From Mesotaenium endlicherianum (lineage: Eukaryota): 64,000 nucleotides of DNA. A program made the position numbers and the translations under genes. Location of the stretch: positions 62,001 through 126,000 of the forward strand of contig WELA01002708.1 of assembly GCA_009602735.1 (NCBI GenBank), in the 5' to 3' direction. Within the stretch, counting starts at the first letter, position 1; every line of letters starts with the position of its first letter. The notes beneath the pieces are model-generated. The model was given only the letters and a program-made list of their open reading frames with translations, ran no database searches and was not told the DNA's origin. This document shows positions 28,296-39,537 of this stretch, piece after piece.

Positions 28296-29243
28296 TTATA
28301 CTAATCCTTTCGTTGTCAGGTAACGTTCTGCATCCAATGCCGCCATACAACCACTGCCGGCTGCTGTTACCGCCTGACGGTAATTCTTGTCCTGCACATC
28401 TCCCGCAGCGAATACACCTTCAATATTTGTTTTAGTAGTACCAGGCGTGGTGAGCAGGTAACCGGTCTCATCCATATCCAGCCATCCTTTGAAGATATCG
28501 CTGTTGGGATGGTGACCAATGGCCACAAAAAATCCGCTGATGGGTATGGTCTGTGTTTCCTGTGTCTGGTTGTTTTTGATGCGAACAGCTTCCACTTTGT
28601 TCTCTCCCAGTATTTCATCAGTGTCAGTGTTCCAATACACTTTGATGTTAGGTGCATTCAATACCCTTTCCTGCATCACTTTACTGGCACGCATTTTATC
28701 GCGGCGGATGAACATGTGAACAGTGGTACAGAGCTTCGATAAATACAAAGCTTCTTCCGCAGCAGTATCTCCTGCACCAACGATGGCTACTTCTTTTCCT
28801 TTGAAGAAAAATCCATCACACACCGCACAGGCGCTTACGCCAAAACCGTTCAGGCGCTCTTCGCTGGGCAGTCCCAGCCATTTGGCCGAAGCGCCGGTAC
28901 AAATGATCACGGCATCTGCTTCGATCCATTTCTCTTCATCGATCTGCACTTTGTATGGATGTTGGGAGAAATCAACTTTGGTAGCGAGTCCGTAACGGAT
29001 ATCGGCGCCCATGCGGGCAGCCTGCTTTTCAAAATGGACCATCATTTCAGGCCCCTGTATGCCATCGGGATAACCCGGATAATTTTCTACTTCTGTGGTG
29101 ATGGTGAGCTGTCCGCCAGGCTGTATACCCTGGTACAATACCGGCTTCATATTGGCGCGGGCCGCATAAATGGCGGCAGTATAACCCGCAGGTCCGGAAC
29201 CTATGATCAGCACATGCACTTTTTCCGTTGCTTCATTTGCCAT
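28296..29243 (-). CDS. trxB: Thioredoxin-disulfide reductase
   Basis: GSGPAGYTAA, CAVCDG, GAGDTAAEEA and AAGDVQD. A -7 box TATGTTTG is at 29276-29269. Confidence 0.97.
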   Translation of the reverse strand: MANEATEKVHVLIIGSGPAGYTAAIYAARANMKPVLYQGIQPGGQLTITTEVENYPGYPDGIQGPEMMVHFEKQAARMGADIRYGLATKVDFSQHPYKVQIDEEKWIEADAVIICTGASAKWLGLPSEERLNGFGVSACAVCDGFFFKGKEVAIVGAGDTAAEEALYLSKLCTTVHMFIRRDKMRASKVMQERVLNAPNIKVYWNTDTDEILGENKVEAVRIKNNQTQETQTIPISGFFVAIGHHPNSDIFKGWLDMDETGYLLTTPGTTKTNIEGVFAAGDVQDKNYRQAVTAAGSGCMAALDAERYLTTKGLV

Positions 29244-29281
29244 ACTACTAAGACTATTTAGATTTGAACAAACATACAAAC

Positions 29282-29309
29282 AAAAACCCCTCCGTTTTCA
29301 CAGAGGGGT
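29282..29309 (-). terminator. Intrinsic terminator after the sigma factor gene
   Basis: ACCCCTC/GAGGGGT stem followed by a T-run on the minus strand. Confidence 0.7.
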
Positions 29310-29334
29310 CTTATTGTCAGTTTCTTTGTAAAAC

Positions 29335-30192
29335 TTATCCCAGGTATGCTTTTAATGCATTACTGTAGCGCGCTTTCTGCAAGCGTTTGATGGCCCTTTC
29401 CTTGATCTGGCGGATACGCTCCTTTGTCAGGTCATACTTCATGCCAATCTGTTCAATGGTCACCCCGTTCTCGCCATCCAGACCAAAATACGCATTCACG
29501 ATTTCGGCTTCGCGCGGACTCAATGATTTCAATACACGGCGAATCTCTTCACGCAGTGAATCTTTCATCACGTCATCATCCGTATCATCGCTACCTTCCA
29601 GCAGGTCGCCCATGGCTACATCTTCTGCCTCGTGTACGGGGGCATCCAGTGAAGTGTGACGGGTGTTGCTCTGGAAGATGTTGTTGATCTCGGTTTCGCT
29701 CATTTCCAGGATTTCAGCCAACTCTTCGGTAGACGGCTCGCGCTCGTGCTCCTGTTCAAAAGCCATATAGGCTTTGTTGGCTTTGTTGTATGTGCCGATT
29801 TTGTTTTGAGGCAGGCGGACCAATCTGCCCTGCTCTGCCAACGCCTGTAAGATGGACTGGCGGATCCACCATACCGCGTATGAGATGAATTTAAAACCCT
29901 TGGTTTCATCGAAACGCTGGGCTGCTTTTATCAGACCGAGGTTGCCCTCGTTGATCAGGTCGCTAAGAGAAAGGCCCTGGTGCTGGTACTGCTTAGCCAC
30001 AGATACCACGAAACGTAAGTTGGCCTGCACCAATTTGTCGAGCGCTCGCTGATCACCCATTTTGATGCGCTGTGCCAGTGTAGTCTCCTCTTCGGGAGTG
30101 ATCATAGGGATCTTGGAAATCTCCTGCAGATACTTCTCTACGGCCTGCGAATCTCGGTTGGTGATCTGTGTTGCAATTTTGAGCTGCCTCAT
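29335..30192 (-). CDS. RNA polymerase sigma-70 factor, RpoD/SigA family, Bacteroidota type without region 1.1
   Basis: MRQLKI start, ANLRFVVSVAKQY, FISYAVWWIRQSI and TKERIRQIKE. A -7 box TAACTTTG is at 30306-30299. Confidence 0.95.
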   Translation of the reverse strand: MRQLKIATQITNRDSQAVEKYLQEISKIPMITPEEETTLAQRIKMGDQRALDKLVQANLRFVVSVAKQYQHQGLSLSDLINEGNLGLIKAAQRFDETKGFKFISYAVWWIRQSILQALAEQGRLVRLPQNKIGTYNKANKAYMAFEQEHEREPSTEELAEILEMSETEINNIFQSNTRHTSLDAPVHEAEDVAMGDLLEGSDDTDDDVMKDSLREEIRRVLKSLSPREAEIVNAYFGLDGENGVTIEQIGMKYDLTKERIRQIKERAIKRLQKARYSNALKAYLG

Positions 30193-30375
30193 GATGTGAT
30201 ATTATCTTATTTAATGTAAACGACTAAAAGACCTCAAATGTTTCAAAAGCGCTGTACTAAAATCGTTAAAGTTACCCAATACGATCATAAGAAGCCCGCA
30301 AAGTTACATCGTAACAATGGATTTTGCCAGCTTTTGTGGAAAAAACTGCATAAATGGGCAAAATATGACAATTAA

Positions 30376-33300
30376 TCAGCTCAAGCGGGAATCGGCAATA
30401 GACCTGTCGATACCCTCTTCCAGCCGCTGCTGCTCCTGTAGACGTTTGAGTTTTCTCCCATACGATATTTTCGTAATGAGTACGAAGAATACCGGTACCA
30501 CAAATATGGCCAGTGTGGTAGCCGCCAGCATACCCCCGAATACGGTCCAGCCAATGGTTTTTCTCGATTCTGCCGCTGCTCCCGATGCAAATGCCAGGGG
30601 CAATACCCCCAGGATAAAGGCCAGGGAGGTCATCACAATAGGCCGCAACCTCAGTTCTACCGCCTGTAAAGTGGCGTGAACAATGTCAATACCCCTGTCT
30701 ACCCGCTCTTTGGCAAATTCCACGATCAGGATGGCATTCTTGGCCGCCAGTCCGATCAGGGTAATCAACCCTATCTGTGCATATACGTTATTGCTGAGTG
30801 ATGGGATGAAGGTAAGCGTAAGGATAGAACCGAATGCCCCGATCGGCACGGCGAACAATACCGAGAACGGGATAGACCAGCTCTCATACAATGCCGCCAG
30901 GAACAGGAACACAAACACAATGGAGATAGCGAAGATCATGGTCGCGCTGCTGCCTGCCTTGATCTCTTCCCGGCTCATACCCGAAAATTCATAGCTGTAA
31001 CCTTCGGGCAGCACCTGGGCCGCTGTTTGTTTCAATGCTTCAATGGCCTGTCCGCTACTGAAACCGGGTTTGGGTGTTCCGTTGATCTCAATAGAACGGT
31101 AAATATTGTAGTGTGATATGACGGCCGGGTTTTCAATCAGCTTTGTGTTGACCAACGCGCCCATCGGCACCATTCCACCCTGGCTGTTGCGCACATAATA
31201 GCCCTGCAGGTCATCAATGGATTCGCGAAAACTGCTGTCGGCCTGCGTCATCACCCTGAAATTACGTCCGTAGATATTGAAATCGTTTACATAACTGCTG
31301 CCCAGCAAGGTTGACAACGTTGCGTACGCATCTGCCACAGATACGCCCAGCTTTTTTGCTTTCTCCCTGTCAACATCAACCTGGTAACCCGGTGTTCGTG
31401 TAGAGAAGAACGTGTACGCCATACCGATTTCCGGCCGCTGGTATAGCGCCCCGAGGAATTTTCTGGCTACTCCTTCGAATTGCCGGAGGCTGTCGGTACT
31501 GGTGGTTTGTTGCAGTTCAAAAGTAAAACCCGAAGTAGCGCCCAATCCCGGGATGGCGGGCGGCGCAATGGGTAATATGCGTGCCTCTTTTATATTGGCG
31601 GTTCGTTTGGTGATCTCTGCAATCACCCCTTTCAATTGTTCTTCCGCTTTCTTCCGGTCTGCCCAGGGTTTCAGGCTCACGAACATGGTACCGGTGTTGG
31701 ATTTGCTGGAGAAGCTTACAATGTTGAGTCCGGCCAGTCCGCCTACCACTTTAACGGCAGGGATACTTCGCACCATTGCCATTACATCTTTCATCATAGC
31801 TACGTTGCGCGTGGTAGAAGTTCCTTCCGGCATTTCATACGTTACATACAAACGGCCTTCGTCTTCCGTGGGTATGAAGCCGGAAGGTTTGGCTTTGAAA
31901 AGGAAAAACAATCCTACGAACAAACACACCATCATCACCAATACATATGGCGTTGCGCGGATCCATTTACCTACACCACGCGCATAAGAACGGGTGAGTC
32001 TGGTGAACTTGTTGTTGAAAGCGGCAAAGAATTTTTCCAGGATGTTCTTCTTCGCTGTTGCATCTTTGGAAGACTTCAACAGTACGATACACAAGGCCGG
32101 GGTGAGTGACAGCGCAACGAATGCAGAGATCACTACCGAAACGGCAATGGTAATGGCAAACTGCTGGTAAAGCCTGCCCACGATACCCGGCACAAATCCT
32201 ACCGGTATGAACACAGCTGCCAATATCAACGCGATAGCCACTACCGGACCAGAAATATCTTTCATGGCTTTTTGCGTGGCTTCCCTGGGCGTCATCTTTT
32301 CATGATCGATATAATGCTGTACCGCTTCCACTACCACAATGGCATCATCCACCACAATGCCGATGGCCAACACAAAGGCAAAGAGTGTAAGCGTGTTGAT
32401 GGTAAATCCGAAGGGCGCGAAGAAAATAAAGGCGCCGATCAATGATACCGGTATTGCCAACACGGGGATCAGCGTAGCACGCCAGTTCTGTAAGAACAGG
32501 AATACCACCAATACCACCAGCAGCAAAGCTTCCAGCAAGGTATGGATCACTTCGTCGATCGATACCTGTACTACCGATGCTGTTTCGAGCGGCACCAGGT
32601 AATCGATGTCTTTGGGGAAATGTTTTTTGAGGTTATCCAATGCTTTCATCACACCGGCATACGTATCGAGCGCATTGGCGCCGGGTGCCTGGTAAATAAG
32701 CACGAATGCACAAGGCTTTCCATTTACCAGGGCATTGATGGAATAGTCGAATTTACCCAACTCAACGCGGGCAATATCTTTCAAATAGACGATACTGCCA
32801 TCGGAAGGCTTGGTACGTACGATGATGTTTTCAAACTGCTCTTTGGTATTGATGCGGCTGCTGGTAAGCACATTGTATTCGAAGACCTGCCGTCCCGGTT
32901 GTGGATTGCCACCCACGGTGCCCGCCGCGATCTGTATGTTTTGTTCTGCGAGCGCAGCATTCACATCAGCCGGTGTAAGACCCAGCATGGCCAGCTTGCG
33001 CGGGTTGAGCCATACACGCATACTGAAATCATCGGCTCGGGCCAGGATATCTCCTACTCCCTTCACACGCAACAGCGCATCTTTCAAATAAATATTGGCA
33101 TAGTTACCCAGGAAGATCGCATCGTGCGTACCATTGGGTGAATACAGCGCCAGCGCCATCATGATGCTGGGGTTACGCTTACGGGTAGTGAGTCCCAGTC
33201 GTTTCACCGCATCGGGCAAAGTAGGTTGCGCAACACTCACGCGGTTCTGTACATCCAACGTGGCGATATCGATATTAGTACCTACTTCAAAATTTACCGT

Positions 33301-33573
33301 AATGCTGCTCTGTCCGCTGCTGGTACTGTTACTGCTCATATAGGTCATGCCCGGCGTACCGTTCACCTGCGATTCAATGGCCGTGGTGGTCGTCTGTTCC
33401 ACTGTCTGCGCATCGGCGCCGGTGAAATTACCACTGATGGAAACCGTTGGCGGCGTAATATCAGGATACTGCGCAACAGGCAGGTTGGTCATGGAGATCA
33501 ATCCCACCAGCACAATCACAATGGAGATGACGATGGCTGTAACAGGACGTTTTATAAAAGTATCTGCGATCAT
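30376..33573 (-). CDS. HAE1-type RND efflux permease
   Basis: FIKRPV, GIVVDDAIVVVE, GLAAKNAILIVEFA and RLRPIVMTSLAF. Confidence 0.96.
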   Translation of the reverse strand: MIADTFIKRPVTAIVISIVIVLVGLISMTNLPVAQYPDITPPTVSISGNFTGADAQTVEQTTTTAIESQVNGTPGMTYMSSNSTSSGQSSITVNFEVGTNIDIATLDVQNRVSVAQPTLPDAVKRLGLTTRKRNPSIMMALALYSPNGTHDAIFLGNYANIYLKDALLRVKGVGDILARADDFSMRVWLNPRKLAMLGLTPADVNAALAEQNIQIAAGTVGGNPQPGRQVFEYNVLTSSRINTKEQFENIIVRTKPSDGSIVYLKDIARVELGKFDYSINALVNGKPCAFVLIYQAPGANALDTYAGVMKALDNLKKHFPKDIDYLVPLETASVVQVSIDEVIHTLLEALLLVVLVVFLFLQNWRATLIPVLAIPVSLIGAFIFFAPFGFTINTLTLFAFVLAIGIVVDDAIVVVEAVQHYIDHEKMTPREATQKAMKDISGPVVAIALILAAVFIPVGFVPGIVGRLYQQFAITIAVSVVISAFVALSLTPALCIVLLKSSKDATAKKNILEKFFAAFNNKFTRLTRSYARGVGKWIRATPYVLVMMVCLFVGLFFLFKAKPSGFIPTEDEGRLYVTYEMPEGTSTTRNVAMMKDVMAMVRSIPAVKVVGGLAGLNIVSFSSKSNTGTMFVSLKPWADRKKAEEQLKGVIAEITKRTANIKEARILPIAPPAIPGLGATSGFTFELQQTTSTDSLRQFEGVARKFLGALYQRPEIGMAYTFFSTRTPGYQVDVDREKAKKLGVSVADAYATLSTLLGSSYVNDFNIYGRNFRVMTQADSSFRESIDDLQGYYVRNSQGGMVPMGALVNTKLIENPAVISHYNIYRSIEINGTPKPGFSSGQAIEALKQTAAQVLPEGYSYEFSGMSREEIKAGSSATMIFAISIVFVFLFLAALYESWSIPFSVLFAVPIGAFGSILTLTFIPSLSNNVYAQIGLITLIGLAAKNAILIVEFAKERVDRGIDIVHATLQAVELRLRPIVMTSLAFILGVLPLAFASGAAAESRKTIGWTVFGGMLAATTLAIFVVPVFFVLITKISYGRKLKRLQEQQRLEEGIDRSIADSRLS

Positions 33574-33594
33574 ATTGAATTAAAAATTAACGCT

Positions 33595-34722
33595 CTATTT
33601 TTGACTCTTGCCTTTGACAGCAGTAGTAATCACCGCTCCTTCACGCAAATTCTGCACTCCCTGCACGGCTATTTTTTCACCTGCATTCAAACCGCTCTGC
33701 ACAATCACGTTGTTTCCTATTTGCGTACCCAACTGCACTTTGCGCTGGTTTACTTTGCTGCTATCGCCCACTACGTAAACAAAGAACTCACCCAATTGCT
33801 CTGTAATTGCTTTATAAGGGATCATCACAGCGTGACTAGATGCCTGGTTGAGTACGCGTACGGTGGCGCTCATCCCTGCCTTCAGCATGCCTTTGTCGTT
33901 CGGAAAGCTAAGCCTTGTTCTGATAGTAGATGTTTGCGGATCAACAGCGCGATCGATCATGCTGATGGTACCGTTAGCAGGATACACAGCTGTTCCGAAT
34001 GTAAGGGTGAAAGTAGAATCCTTGCCGCCTTTTTGTTGCAACTGCGTGAAGCGGTACAACTCCTGTTGGTTCACTGCAAAATCAACGGCCATGGGGTTAT
34101 CGGTAGAAACGGTGTTGAGTACGGTTTGACCTGCCACCACTGCGGCTCCCTGCTTTACTTGCGAAATACCAATGGTGCCGCTGAATGGTGCATAGATGGT
34201 AGTGAAGCCCAGGTTGCTCTTCATGCTGTTCACCGCTGCTTTGGCGGCCGATACCTGTTTGTGTGCAGCTTCCAATGCAGCATCGGCATAATCAACCTGT
34301 TGCTTGGCAATGGCATCGTGCTTATCCAACTCGTGGTAACGGTCGGCGTCTTTTTGGGCTTTCAATAAATTGGTTTCCTGCACCTGCAGGTTGGCTTGCG
34401 CCTGTTGGTAATTGGCATCGTATACCTGCGCGTCGATGGTGTACAGTTTTTGTCCCTTGCTCACTTTATCTCCATCCTTAAAGAACAGTCCGGTAACATA
34501 ACCGCTTACCTGCGCCCTAATGTCTACCTGGTTGAACGCTACCACCGTGCCGGGATATTCATCGTGATACACCGCATCGGTGCTTTTTACCGTATCGAGG
34601 GTTACCGGTACGGCTTGCAGGCCAGCCTGCTGCGGCCCCTGTTGTTGAGAACTTCCGCAGGAAGCCATAAACAACGCCGTTATGATGATGCCGGTATGAT
34701 TTTTCAAAGTATGCAACAACAT
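33595..34722 (-). CDS. RND periplasmic adaptor (MFP) lipoprotein
   Basis: Lipobox MASC, IRAQVSG, TIYAPFSG and VDPQT. Confidence 0.93.
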   Translation of the reverse strand: MLLHTLKNHTGIIITALFMASCGSSQQQGPQQAGLQAVPVTLDTVKSTDAVYHDEYPGTVVAFNQVDIRAQVSGYVTGLFFKDGDKVSKGQKLYTIDAQVYDANYQQAQANLQVQETNLLKAQKDADRYHELDKHDAIAKQQVDYADAALEAAHKQVSAAKAAVNSMKSNLGFTTIYAPFSGTIGISQVKQGAAVVAGQTVLNTVSTDNPMAVDFAVNQQELYRFTQLQQKGGKDSTFTLTFGTAVYPANGTISMIDRAVDPQTSTIRTRLSFPNDKGMLKAGMSATVRVLNQASSHAVMIPYKAITEQLGEFFVYVVGDSSKVNQRKVQLGTQIGNNVIVQSGLNAGEKIAVQGVQNLREGAVITTAVKGKSQK

Positions 34723-34742
34723 ATAAAGAGATGATTTAAAAA

Positions 34743-36083
34743 TTAGTAAACGATTTGGCCCAGGGCTACCTGCACATCTATTTTGCTGGCCAGCACCTGG
34801 TATAAGGCATTGTAATAATTGATCTCGGATGTGCGCAGATCGGTTTCTGCTGTAATAACTTCCAGGTAAGTTTTCACACCCGATTTGTACTGCAACTCAA
34901 TAATGCCATACACTTCCCTCGCCAGCGCCAGGTTTTCTTTCAGCGCCTGGTAATTGGCCAGGTTGGTTTTATAGCCGGCCATTGCCTGCGCGTACTGTGC
35001 GTTGACAGCATTTTTCAGGTTGATGATGTCCCAGTTGGTTTTCTTCAACTGCCACCCTGCCTGGTCGATATTCGCTTTGCGTTTACCTCCCTGGAAAATG
35101 GGAAGGGTTATCGTTAGTGCAGCAAAAGAGCTGGGATAATTCATGTTGTACAGCTTGGCAAAATCATTGTCCTGGAAATTCATGTTATACGCTCCGTTGA
35201 GGGCTACCGTGGGGAGGTACGACCATTTCTCGTATTGCAGGTTGGCTGAGAGTAGCCTTTTCTGCGTTTGCAGGAACTGGTATTCAGCGCGGCGTGTATA
35301 ATCGGGTAACTGCAATGTATCCAGCATCGCGTCTTTCTCCAGTTGAAGGGTATCGTATGCGATGTGCAGGTCTACGCTATCCGGACAACCCATCAGCGTT
35401 TTCAGGTAGGCCGACTTAGCCTTCAATACCACCAGGTTTGCAACACGGGTAGCTTTGCTGTTGTTGAGAGAAATGGTAGCGCGCTTATAATCGGTTTTGT
35501 CTGTCAGTCCGGCTTTGTATTGGTTGGTTGCTATCCGTATGCTGCTTTCCAGCCGCGCAATATTTTCATCCGACACTTTGATCTGTTGCATGGTAGCCAG
35601 CACATCGTAAAAGGCTTTCGACACATTGGATATCACACCGATCTTGTCGATACCTGTATGCTGGCGCGCCTGCGTACGAACATCTCCTTTGCTACGGAAA
35701 GTCAGCAATGCATCGCGGTTGAAAAGGTTCTGCGATACAGTGAATTGTGCAGCAGAAGTATTGTTAACGCCCAGCCTGATGGGGTTCCCGCCAATGACAC
35801 TTGTTGGCACCTGGAAATTGTGTTGCAGGCTGTAGTTCAAATTCAACTGCGGGTACCAGGCAGATAGTTTGTTGCGGATGGTGGTTTCAACGATCTCTTC
35901 ATCGATGAGCGACTGTTGAAAAGAAGGCTGGTGCTTCAAAGCATACTGCACCACATTGTCCAGGCTTGCGTTCTGTAATAAAGTGGCATCCTGTTGCGAC
36001 TGTTGCGCTTTTCCGGGTAAATACAAACAAGCAAGGGTACAGAGGAGGTACAAGGGCTTAGTGATATGGATCTTTCGAATCAT
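34743..36083 (-). CDS. TolC-family outer-membrane efflux protein
   Basis: Signal peptide, duplicated OEP halves (YPQLNL; YLPTV..LPIFQGG) and first position in the RND operon. Confidence 0.9.
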   Translation of the reverse strand: MIRKIHITKPLYLLCTLACLYLPGKAQQSQQDATLLQNASLDNVVQYALKHQPSFQQSLIDEEIVETTIRNKLSAWYPQLNLNYSLQHNFQVPTSVIGGNPIRLGVNNTSAAQFTVSQNLFNRDALLTFRSKGDVRTQARQHTGIDKIGVISNVSKAFYDVLATMQQIKVSDENIARLESSIRIATNQYKAGLTDKTDYKRATISLNNSKATRVANLVVLKAKSAYLKTLMGCPDSVDLHIAYDTLQLEKDAMLDTLQLPDYTRRAEYQFLQTQKRLLSANLQYEKWSYLPTVALNGAYNMNFQDNDFAKLYNMNYPSSFAALTITLPIFQGGKRKANIDQAGWQLKKTNWDIINLKNAVNAQYAQAMAGYKTNLANYQALKENLALAREVYGIIELQYKSGVKTYLEVITAETDLRTSEINYYNALYQVLASKIDVQVALGQIVY

Positions 36084-36205
36084 GATATCCGTTTTACGCT
36101 TTCAACGTGCAAACAATCTGAAACTAGAAAAAGGGTATCCGAGGTGCCGGAAGACTCCAATCATCAGATTGAAGATATTAATTTATGAGCGATTTTTTTA
36201 ATCCG

Positions 36206-36213
36206 CAAATCTA
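36206..36213 (-). promoter_or_regulatory. -7 promoter box for the TolC-MFP-RND operon
   Basis: TAGATTTG on the minus strand, about 120 nt upstream of the tolC-like start. Confidence 0.55.
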
Positions 36214-36302
36214 AGGGCGCCACGATCATAGTCGCAACATTATTTTATAAACGGTAAGCTGCAGGAGCATCTTGTTCTGATCGCAACACCTATCTTAGCG
36301 GC

Positions 36303-37316
36303 ATGATCGATTTCAGAAGTGATACCGTTACACGGCCTACCCCTGGCATGCTGGCGGCAATGCAGGCAGCTCCAACGGGGGATGATGTTTTTGGAGAAGA
36401 CCCAACGGTAAACCGCTTGGAACAATTATGCGCCGGTTTGTTTGGCATGGAGGCGGCCGTTTTTTGTCCCAGTGGCACCATGACCAACCAGATTGCCATC
36501 AAATGTCATACACAGCCAGGCGATGAAGTGATCTGCGAACAGTTGTCGCATGTTTATCAATACGAAGGAGGCGGTATTGCTTTTAACTCGGGCTGCTCGG
36601 TGCGTTTGCTGCATGGCGACCGTGGCCGTATTACGGCAACGCAAGTGAAACAGTCCATCAATGCAGATGATGTGCATAAACCGGTCTCCGCATTGGTTTC
36701 TTTGGAAAATACAGCCAACCGCGGCGGCGGAAGCTGTTATCAATTTACTGATATACAGGAAATAAAACAGGTTTGTTTGGATAACAACCTCAGGCTGCAT
36801 CTCGATGGCGCCCGCCTGTTCAATGCACTGGTAGCGAAGCATGAAACCTGCGGGCAATACGGAACTGTATTCGATAGTATTTCTATTTGTTTGAGCAAAG
36901 GATTGGGCGCCCCGGTAGGAAGTGTGTTGATCGGATCCGGCGCTTATATCAAGAAAGCACGCAGGATACGGAAAGTATTCGGCGGTGGTATGCGGCAAGC
37001 AGGCTATCTGGCAGCAGCAGGAATTTATGCATTGGAAAATAATGTAGCACGCCTGGCAGATGACCACGCGCATGCGCAGCGAATTGCAGCAGCATTGCAA
37101 AAGAAAGATTTTGTGGGTGAGATTTTACCAGTTGAAACCAATATCATTATTTTTGAAGTGAAAGGCCGTTTTACCGCACCTGGTTTGTCGGCAATCCTTA
37201 AACAATCCAATATCTACGCAATTGCCATATCCTCTACACAGATCAGGTTTGTGTTGCATTTAGATATTAGTTCCTCCATGGTGGACGAAACCATCCGGGT
37301 GATTGATACTTTGTAG
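36303..37316 (+). CDS. ltaE: Low-specificity L-threonine aldolase
   Basis: IDFRSDTVT, SGTMTNQ, HLDGARLFNA, CLSKGLGAPVGS and GGGMRQAG. Confidence 0.93.
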   Translation: MIDFRSDTVTRPTPGMLAAMQAAPTGDDVFGEDPTVNRLEQLCAGLFGMEAAVFCPSGTMTNQIAIKCHTQPGDEVICEQLSHVYQYEGGGIAFNSGCSVRLLHGDRGRITATQVKQSINADDVHKPVSALVSLENTANRGGGSCYQFTDIQEIKQVCLDNNLRLHLDGARLFNALVAKHETCGQYGTVFDSISICLSKGLGAPVGSVLIGSGAYIKKARRIRKVFGGGMRQAGYLAAAGIYALENNVARLADDHAHAQRIAAALQKKDFVGEILPVETNIIIFEVKGRFTAPGLSAILKQSNIYAIAISSTQIRFVLHLDISSSMVDETIRVIDTL

Positions 37317-37379
37317 TACAGCTGTTTATTGATGAAGTGGACTTTATTTATCATTGAAATTTAGAAAAGAACCAAGAGC

Positions 37380-39038
37380 ATGTTACCGAGAATCAACCCA
37401 ACGAATACCCAGGCATGGTTTTTATTGAAGAAGCACCACGAAGAAGAAATGAGCCGCCGTCACATGAAAGACCTTTTTGCGGCAGATCCCGAGCGTTTCC
37501 AGCGTTTTTCTCTTGTATTTGAAGAAACACTGTTCGATTATTCCAAGAACATCATCAACCAGAAGACCTTACAGTTGTTGTTGCAACTGGCGGAGGACTG
37601 TAAGCTGAAAGATGCGATCCACGATATGTTCGCCGGACTGAAGATCAATGAAACGGAACACCGTTCGGTATTACATACCGCCCTGCGTAATTTTTCTGAT
37701 ACACCTATATTGGTAGATGGCAAAGACATCATGCCGCATGTGCAACGGGTACTCAACCACATGAAAACTTTCTGCGAGGAAGTGCACAGCGGCAAATGGA
37801 AAGGATATACCGGCAAAAAGATCCGTTATATTGTGAATATCGGCATCGGCGGCAGCGACCTGGGGCCGGTGATGGTAACGGAAGCGCTTCGCCCCTATTG
37901 GAAAAAAGACATTGAAACTTATTTTGTGAGCAATGTCGATGGAACGCATATCGCTGAAACACTGAAAAAAGTAACGCCCGAAGAAACACTTTTCCTGGTG
38001 GCTTCCAAAACCTTCACCACGCAGGAAACCATGACCAATGCGCACACGGCGCGTGACTGGTTCCTCAGGGAGGCAAAAGACCAGGCGCATGTGGCCAAAC
38101 ATTTCGTGGCGCTCAGCACCAATGAAAAAGATGTAACGGCATTTGGTATCGACAAAGCCAATATGTTTGAATTCTGGGACTGGGTAGGCGGCCGGTATTC
38201 TCTGTGGAGCGCTATCGGTTTGTCTATTGCGCTCACCATCGGATATGAACATTTTGAAGCGCTCCTGAAAGGTGCGGCAGCAGTAGATGAACATTTCCGC
38301 AAAGAGAAATTTGATAAGAATATACCTGTGTTGATGGCGCTGATCGGTATCTGGTACACCAATTTCTTTGGCGCACAAAGCGAAGCCATCCTCCCCTACG
38401 ATCAATACTTGCATCGTTTTGCGGCTTACCTGCAACAGGGTAATATGGAAAGCAATGGTAAAAGTATCGACCGCAGCGGGCACCCGGTGAATTATGCAAC
38501 CGGACCGGTAATCTGGGGTGAGCCGGGCACCAACGGACAACACGCTTTTTACCAACTGATCCACCAGGGTACCTTGATGATCCCCTGCGATTTTATTGCA
38601 CCGGCTATCAGCCACAATCCTATAGGCGATCATCATACCAAACTGTTGTCTAATTTCTTTGCGCAAACAGAAGCGCTCATGAATGGCAAAACAGAGAACC
38701 AGGTAAGAGCGGAGTTAGAGAAAGCCGATAAGAGTAAAGAAGAGATCAAGCGACTGCTGCCCTTTAAGGTATTCGAAGGCAATAAGCCTACCAATTCATT
38801 CCTTGTAAAAGAAATTACACCGCATTCATTGGGAAGCCTGATTGCGTTTTATGAGCATAAGATATTTGTGCAGGGTGTGATCTGGAATATTTTCAGCTTC
38901 GATCAATGGGGCGTGGAACTGGGTAAACAGTTGGCTAATCAATTACTGCCCGAATTAGCCGATGATGCAGCAGTAACTACGCACGACTCATCCACGAACG
39001 GATTGGTCAACGCCTATAAGCAGTTCAGGAAAAACTGA
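37380..39038 (+). CDS. pgi: Glucose-6-phosphate isomerase
   Basis: [27 protein letters not shown] and DQWGVELGK. Confidence 0.98.
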   Translation: MLPRINPTNTQAWFLLKKHHEEEMSRRHMKDLFAADPERFQRFSLVFEETLFDYSKNIINQKTLQLLLQLAEDCKLKDAIHDMFAGLKINETEHRSVLHTALRNFSDTPILVDGKDIMPHVQRVLNHMKTFCEEVHSGKWKGYTGKKIRYIVNIGIGGSDLGPVMVTEALRPYWKKDIETYFVSNVDGTHIAETLKKVTPEETLFLVASKTFTTQETMTNAHTARDWFLREAKDQAHVAKHFVALSTNEKDVTAFGIDKANMFEFWDWVGGRYSLWSAIGLSIALTIGYEHFEALLKGAAAVDEHFRKEKFDKNIPVLMALIGIWYTNFFGAQSEAILPYDQYLHRFAAYLQQGNMESNGKSIDRSGHPVNYATGPVIWGEPGTNGQHAFYQLIHQGTLMIPCDFIAPAISHNPIGDHHTKLLSNFFAQTEALMNGKTENQVRAELEKADKSKEEIKRLLPFKVFEGNKPTNSFLVKEITPHSLGSLIAFYEHKIFVQGVIWNIFSFDQWGVELGKQLANQLLPELADDAAVTTHDSSTNGLVNAYKQFRKN

Positions 39039-39042
39039 ATCA

Positions 39043-39525
39043 ATGGTTAACATCAGGCCAATAACACAAACAGATAATGCAGCCCTTGCCTCCATCATTC
39101 GCAAGGCCTTGGAAGAGTTTGGCGCCAATAAGCCCGGAACCGTTTATTACGACGAAACCACCGATCATTTATTTGAAACTTTCCATGTTGAGCCCGCCAG
39201 CAGCTATTTTGTAGCGGAAAAAGACGGAGCGCTATTGGGTGGGGCGGGCATTTATCCTACCAATGCATTGCCGGCAGATACTTGCGAACTGGTGAAGATG
39301 TACCTGGCGCCTGCGGCACGCGGACTGGGCCTCGGCAGGCAATTGATCACATTGTGTTTGGAAACCGCTAAAGCAAAGGGATTTTCAAGGGTTTACCTTG
39401 AAAGTATGCCTGAATTAAAAAAAGCAGTTGGCATTTATGAGCTGTTTGGCTTTCAATACCTTACAGCTCCTATGGGAAACAGCGGGCACTGCGGCTGCGG
39501 CATTTGGATGCTGAAAAATCTGTAA
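39043..39525 (+). CDS. GNAT N-acetyltransferase
   Basis: ELVKMYL..ARGLGLG acetyl-CoA motif. Confidence 0.88.
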   Translation: MVNIRPITQTDNAALASIIRKALEEFGANKPGTVYYDETTDHLFETFHVEPASSYFVAEKDGALLGGAGIYPTNALPADTCELVKMYLAPAARGLGLGRQLITLCLETAKAKGFSRVYLESMPELKKAVGIYELFGFQYLTAPMGNSGHCGCGIWMLKNL

Positions 39526-39537
39526 CCGGTTGGGGGG

